From Eledone cirrhosa (taxonomy: Eukaryota), in NCBI GenBank assembly GCA_964016885.1, contig OZ024742.1, forward strand, positions 353,338,001-353,402,000: 64,000 bases of DNA, written 5' to 3'. The notes under the pieces are model-generated. The model ran no database searches. It was not told the DNA's origin and saw only the letters and a program-made list of their open reading frames with translations. Made by a program: the position numbers and the translations under genes. Below are positions 52,362-64,000 of this stretch, piece by piece; within the stretch, counting starts at the first letter, position 1, and every line of letters starts with the position of its first letter.

Positions 52362-53099
52362 GTGTGTGTGTGTGAGTGTGCGTTTGTGTGTTTACGTTCT
52401 CACCTCATTTTATCTAATGTACGGAACATTTGACACTATATATATTTACACACACATATCTCTCTCTGTCACCCTGCTATCTCTCTCCATTTAACCCCCC
52501 CTCCCCCTCTCTCTCTATCTCTCTCTATATATACATATATATGTGTGTGTCACGTCGTTACATGTTTTCAATTCTCAATTGGCAAGATGTAAACTGTGAC
52601 ACCATCAAAAATCAATATATGTATAAGTGAAATATAAACAATAATCGAAAGCTTTTACAGTCACTTATTTCTTTGTCTTTTTTTTCATTCTCATTATGAG
52701 GAAAAGTTTATATATATGTAACAAAAAAAACATTCGCTCCAACTTTTATGGGAAAATATATATATATATATATACACAATGATATTAAATAAATGGAAAC
52801 TATATTTATAAAATCATATTTATTTTATTATATATATTTCAAGGGTACTAAAACATATTGGTACGCCTTCCTCAGATAAAATACAAAGTTTGTTTTATAA
52901 GTAAAGACATACCCATGAAAATAAATCTTACCTTATCGCTTGGAAATTCTCTGGATAGTGGAAATATATTAGGGATTTTTCAAACTTATGTGCGAATATG
53001 TAAATGAATATGTAAATGATTGAAAAACAGCCGTATATTTAAACGAGTATGGAGAGAAAGAGAGAAGCGATCAAACTTGTTTCTTCATAATTGTATATA

Positions 53100-53826
53100 C
53101 ATGCCCTCTGTTTCAGGTCGTCAAGCAATGAGCACAGAGCAACGAACAAACTTGAAGTTTCTGGTACGGTTAGGGAAAACTCTGTCAGAAGCAGTGACAT
53201 TGCTGCAGCAATTGTATAGAAAAGAGACGATATCAGGCTCATGTGTTTATTAGTGGTGCAAGATGACCCCAGGAGCGGAAGGGTTTCAACAACCAGGACT
53301 AAGCTCAAGGTTGAGCGCGTCAGGCAGATGGTGCGTAGCGATCCTCGGCTGACTGTTCGACTGATGTCAAATGAGCTGGGCATGAATTGGGACAGTGTCT
53401 GGAAGTTTGTCACTGAAGATTTGGACTTGCGGAAAATCTGCGCGAAGATGGTGCCAAAACTGCTGAACGATGACCGGAAGGGTCGACTCATGGAAGTGTG
53501 CCAGGACATCCTCGAGCGCCTTGAAACCGAACCAGACTGGCTAGGAACAATCAGCAACGGTCATTAGTCATGGATCTTCGAGTACTACCCGGAGGCTACT
53601 CGTTTTGAAGACCTGGACGACATCAAAAAGGCGTTACGGCGGAACTGTGGAGGATCCCGGAAGAATCCTTCCAGAAGTGTATGAAAGTGTGGCAGTATAT
53701 AAGAATGGAAAAGTGCATTAGAGACCAGGGTGATTAATTTGAAGGAGAAAACTCTTATCGTGAAGGTTGGGTTTGAAATAAACCTTTTGTGAAATCAGGC
53801 CTGGAACTTTTCTGACACACCTCGTA
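53100..53826 (+). mobile_element. Internally deleted mariner-like DNA transposon
   Basis: EQRTNLKFLVRLGKT, DDPRSGR, RKICAKMVPKLL, G.*SWIFEYYPE; end ...TGACACACCTCG then TA. Confidence 0.8.
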
Positions 53827-53857
53827 AGTATAATATATATATATATATATATATATA

Positions 53858-55680
53858 TGGGTAAATATGTTTAAGTCGTTTGGAAGCCTCGACAATGCAA
53901 ATGGGTAAATCTCCGGGTAACAAGATCCGGTGGTGGAGAGAGAGATGTAAGTGGGTGTACGTTGAGATGCGTGGCGTGTATAAGATGTGTAGAGGAATGA
54001 AAGAAAGTGTATAAAGGATAAAATTAAAATAAAAACACGAGAGAGAGTTACCTTGGGAGAGATTTATTTGTCCCTATATATTTCGGATTCACATCCATCA
54101 ACTGGGTTATTTTCCTGGTGGGGGAAAGGTTGTCTGTAGGAAAGGTGCGAAAAGCGTCCTCCGCTGTTTGTTGTTTTGAATATCTGAGGTATTCAGCAGA
54201 GCGCGCATGCGCGTGAAATGGTGTCAGTCGGGCAGAGATCAGCGGCCGAATGTGGGAGTGGGGTGGCGCTGGCTGTCAGTCCTTTCTCTGCCTGTTTGTT
54301 AAATGTGTTTGTTAAATGTTACTGTGTGTGTGTGTGCGTGTGTTGTTGTCTCGCTTGAGTGTGTGAGCGTGTGTTGTTGCCTTGTTCCTCTGTATTGGCA
54401 GTGTAGTATGTTCGTATGGTGAAATACTACTGTGTGTGTGTGCGTGTGCATGTGTAGTTGAATGGTTTGTGTGTGTGTATGCGTGTGTTGCTGCATCGTT
54501 TGTTAACTTAAACCAGCCACCTCATTTCTTTTCTCTCGGATCGATTGTTTATTTGCGGTTCCAGGCGTTTGATAAAAGGCGCTTCCTTGATACGTAACGT
54601 GCCGACGTTTCTTTCAGTCGCTAGAATTGTGACAATGGGCCTTCCGTCTTTGTTTCCGCATTTATCTATGTGTTCCCGAAAGAAGAGGCCCTAGTTTTAG
54701 TGTATTCCTTGATCCGGATGTTCAACGGTCGGATTATGCTACCTATATAGTATTGGTTGCACCTGTCACATTCTATCTTATACACGACGTATGTGCGTAG
54801 GCATCAGTTCGCATGGCGTATCGGGCAGTCTCTGAGGGAGCACGCGTCAGTGGATTTCACGGGTTTCCTGGAGAGGTATCTTCGCAGGGAGGGGCCCGAT
54901 TGGGCCAGGTGGATGTCGAGGTCCTCCGTCCGTATAGCCTTGCGGATAGCGTTGGTGGTATTCTCGCCCATGTGTGGCCTGTTAAGGAAGCACTTGCCTT
55001 GGGTGCCTCTCTGTCTCTTGTGTCTGGCGTCTCCCACTCTGTCTGTGAGCGAGGTAGGGTACCCGTTCGTCTCCAGCACCTCGAGGAATCGCTTGGTATG
55101 AGTGACACCACTCGCGGGATCGCTGCATCTGTTTTTGATTCGCGCGATGTCGTTCGTGATGTATCCTCTTTTGGCACAGTTAGGGAGGGCGAAATTGTAG
55201 TGAACGAATATGTCCCTGCAGGCTGCCTTTCGGTAGAGGTTGCAGTGGATACTTCCCTGTTCCGTAATGTTGATTCGGAGTGTCGAGGAGGGCAAGTGAC
55301 CCGTCTTCGTCGGGATGTTCAACACTGAAGCCAATGTTCTCGTCCGTATTGTTGAACGTCTCATAGATTCTGTTCGCCGTGTCTTGCGAAGATGTGTGGA
55401 TGAGGATATCGTCCACGTACCCTCAGTTGATGGATGTGAATCCGAAATATATAGGGACAATTAAATCTCTCCCAAGGTAACTCTCTCTCGTGTTGTTATG
55501 TTTATGTTATCCTTTATACTCTTTTTTTCATTCCTCTACACGTCTTATACACAGCACGCATCTCAACGTACACCCACTTACATCTCCATCTCCACCACCG
55601 GATCATGTTACCCGGAGATTTACACATTTGCATTGTCGAGGCTTCCAAACGAGTTAAAATGTTTACCTATTATTCCACAA
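53858..55680 (-). mobile_element. 5'-truncated Penelope-like element with inverted pLTR (55424-55670 is the reverse complement of ~53860-54104)
   Basis: YVDDILI, L..LD, LYRK...H..., NGYP RT/thumb and VVYKIECDRCNQYYIGS GIY-YIG on -. Confidence 0.85.
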
Positions 55681-55796
55681 TGCTTCAAGCAAACTTCAAT
55701 ACTCTCATATATGCATATATATATTTATTAAAATAACATATTAAAGTTTAAGCAAAGAATCGCTGGATATTAGTCTTCAAAAGTATTATTATTACT

Positions 55797-60965
<5,169 letters not shown>

Positions 60966-60986
60966 AATATATATATATGTATATAT

Positions 60987-61474
60987 ATAAATTAATAAAA
61001 ACATTGAATAAAAACAAAGAAACAGTTCCTTATATTAAACAATTCATCATTTTACTATAGTTTCTAGGATATATATATGTGTGTTCGTATATATATCATA
61101 TAGATTTATGTAAACATTTTACAATCTGTCAGAGGAAATATACATAGCTACACATATACATGCTGTCTTCATAAATAAAGACTGCATATATATGTATAGG
61201 TATGTATATTTCCTCTGATAGTTTGTAAAATCTTTACAGAGATCTATATGACATACATACCAACACACATATATATCCTAGAAACGATCGTAAAATGATG
61301 ATTTTTTAAATATAATGAACTGTTTCTTTGTTTTTATTCATTGTTTTTATTAATTTATCTTGACTCTGTTTTCCTGTGATTTTCATCGAACAAATTTTTG
61401 AATACATCTTCTCTTTTCATCATATTTGGATTGCATTGAGTTCTTCATACGGATTGGACCGTGGTAGATTTATC

Positions 61475-61478
<4 letters not shown>
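60987..61478. repeat. Fold-back element (~190-bp arms) with a partial hammerhead 3' half
   Basis: 60987-61168 is the reverse complement of ~61177-61358; GAAACGATCGTA at 61281. Confidence 0.7.
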
Positions 61479-61548
<70 letters not shown>

Positions 61549-61896
61549 AAATGTAGAAAGGATAAGACACTAGAGAGAGAGAGTGTGTGTGCGATCAATA
61601 AAGAGGGAAACCACCAGTGTGTATGGTATCTATAAACTACGGAATGTAAGGTAATGAGGTAATAATTAAAAATATATATCACACACGTATATATCCAAAT
61701 GGATTTGTTTCGCCAAAAAGTTATTGTCTGAAATGGAAATACCTATGGTTCATCAGCGTGTGTTAGGTTGATAGGACTCTAAGTAATACGTGGTAGAGAG
61801 ATACGACAGTGATCCTGTCACAAATGAGGGACGAGCTGCTAGAAATGGCAGCCGAAAACCACACACACACACACACAGCATATATATATATATATG

Positions 61897-61962
<66 letters not shown>

Positions 61963-61970
<8 letters not shown>

Positions 61971-62925
61971 TTAGAGTTTTCACTCAGGAGTCAAATACAA
62001 TTATTTAGCTCTAAGAAATATTTTTGAGCAGTACAATACAAGTTAATGTAAAAAATATATGATCAACACTAATGTGTTTTTATTGCAAATTGACAATAAT
62101 CGTGTACAAAAGCACATGTATTTGGCATTCGACAAACCAGTCCTCAGATATTTCTCTTAGGTGAAGTAACTCTAATTTTTCTTGGTGCCTATTGAGAATA
62201 ACAGAAATTTGATTATTTCACTAATAATTATTTCATAAATAATTATTCCACAATTAATTAATTATTTCAATAGTATACCATCCTTTGTGAAACAGGTTTA
62301 CTTTTTGAAGTTCGGACTGATCTGCTGAAAAGGTTTGAATTTTGAAATTTAAACTTGTATAGGCACCAGGGCAGTTGCCGATATGCGTCTGTGAGTATAG
62401 ATTTATTATTTTTTAGATCGATACAGGCAGACTATATGTATTTGAATTAAGGTATTTCTATCGGGCTAAATTATTGTAAATTTGCAATAAAAGCATATTA
62501 GTGTTGATCATATATTTTTTATATTAACTTGTATTGTACTGCTCAGAAATATTTCTTAGAGCTAAATAATTGTATTTAACTCCTGAGTGAAAACTCTAAA
62601 TTGTATTATATCTCCTCCTTCGGTCGACCTGAATTCGTAATCCCATATAAACGGCTGTTATTTCTAGCGCCATGAGTATGAGCCTGAATACTGGGAAAAA
62701 TCGTGTGCAAAAGCACATGTATTTGGCATACGACAAACCAGTCCTCAGATATTTCTCTTAGGTGAAGTAACTCTAATTTTTCTGGGTGCCTATTGAGAAT
62801 CACAGAAAATTGATTATTTCACTAATAATTATTTCATAAACAGCTATTCCACAATTAATTAATTATTTCAATAGTATACCATCCTTTGTGAAACAGGTTT
62901 ACTTTTTGAAGTTCGGACTGATCTC
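61963..62925. repeat. Tandem/inverted non-coding repeat, ~601-bp unit
   Basis: 62100-62325 repeats at 62700-62925; 61963-62097 is the reverse complement of ~62470-62606. Confidence 0.85.
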
Positions 62926-62938
62926 TTAACCCCCCCCC

Positions 62939-62992
<54 letters not shown>

Positions 62993-62997
<5 letters not shown>

Positions 62998-64000
62998 TAT
63001 GAAGAGAGAAGAAACATTTAGATATAATTAGTAATAAAATGTATCATACCTAAACTGTTCCTAAATTCCTCGACTACGTAGTTTCGTGGCATAAACAAAA
63101 ACAATATATCAAAGATATAGAGTCCTTGCGAGGTCTGCCGACTTATCAAGAGGATACCTCATTTTACTAGTCTCAGGAACGCGTCTACTCGACGTGAGAA
63201 AGAATCCCAAAAGGCGGAGGGGGAGATAGTCACGCGATATAACGGTCGAGAAACAGAGCTAAGCCTCCTATAACCACGAAGAAAATACCACGGAGGCGGA
63301 GGGGGTATTCATATCGAGGCCGTAGAAGAGGTAGTGAAGAAGGCGAGAAGTATGAGTAATGGAAGCTTTCCAGTTGTCCCCACACTTCAAAGATTGCTCG
63401 ACCAGAGGGAGTTATTAATATATTTAGAAACACACAGATACATGCGGACACACACATATATACATGAATGCATCCGCACCCAACTGTGAGTTAAGGGTGC
63501 CAACTTCACCGATGTTGCTCAATGAATGACCGGGACAGACCAATTCAGTTTGAACCAGACTGAACCAGTATCAGAGTTAAAAATACATTATGAAGAGAGA
63601 AGAAACATTTAGATATAATTAGTAATAAAATGTATCATACCTAAACTGTTCCTAAATTCCTCGACTACGTAGTTTCGTGGCATAAACAAAAACAATATAT
63701 CAAAGATATAGAGTCCTTGCGAGGTCTGCCGACTTATCAAGAGGATACCTCATTTTACTAGTCTCAAGAACGCGTCTACACGACGTGAGAAAGAATCCCA
63801 AAAGGCGGAGGGGGAGATAGTCACGCGATATAACGGTCGAGAAACAGAGCTAAGCCTCCTATAACCACGAAGAAAATACCACGGAGGCGGAGGACTCTAT
63901 ATCTTTGATATATTGTTTTTGTTTATGCCACGAAACTACGTAGTCGAGGAATTTAGGAACAGTTTAGGTATGATACATTTTATTACTAATTATATCTAAA
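62993..64000. repeat. 591-bp tandem repeat (1.5 units) plus an inverted copy from ~63891, running off the window
   Basis: 63060 and 63651 are near-identical; 63891-64000 is the reverse complement. Confidence 0.92.
63067..63154 (-). ncRNA. Type I hammerhead, U3-A8 core variant (second copy 63658-63745)
   Basis: tcctc | TTGATAA | gt(c)ggca...tgccac | GAAA CTACGTAG TC | gagga. Confidence 0.65.

Overview
AT-rich, repeat-saturated eukaryotic (metazoan; the SINE and microsatellite content looks cephalopod/Octopus-like, which is inference) DNA with no confidently identifiable host gene. It contains a ~17 kb pile-up of non-LTR retrotransposons in (AAT)n microsatellite: a tRNA-derived SINE cluster, R4/Dong-type RT+RLE elements and two near-full-length Tx1/L1-type elements. 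It also holds a full-length but disrupted Helitron, a mariner remnant, RTE remnants and several Penelope-like (RT/GIY-YIG) elements with inverted terminal copies. The most notable signal is a set of non-coding, tandem-plus-inverted repeats embedded in (TA)n. These include a near-perfect 310-bp array in which each unit carries a type I hammerhead ribozyme with a palindromic helix III, and a 591-bp repeat with a U3-A8 core-variant hammerhead. Together they suggest retrozyme-like, probably Penelope-mobilised, elements. Most short ORFs in the track are microsatellite or antisense artefacts. All ribozyme folds were read by eye, and none is shown to be active.
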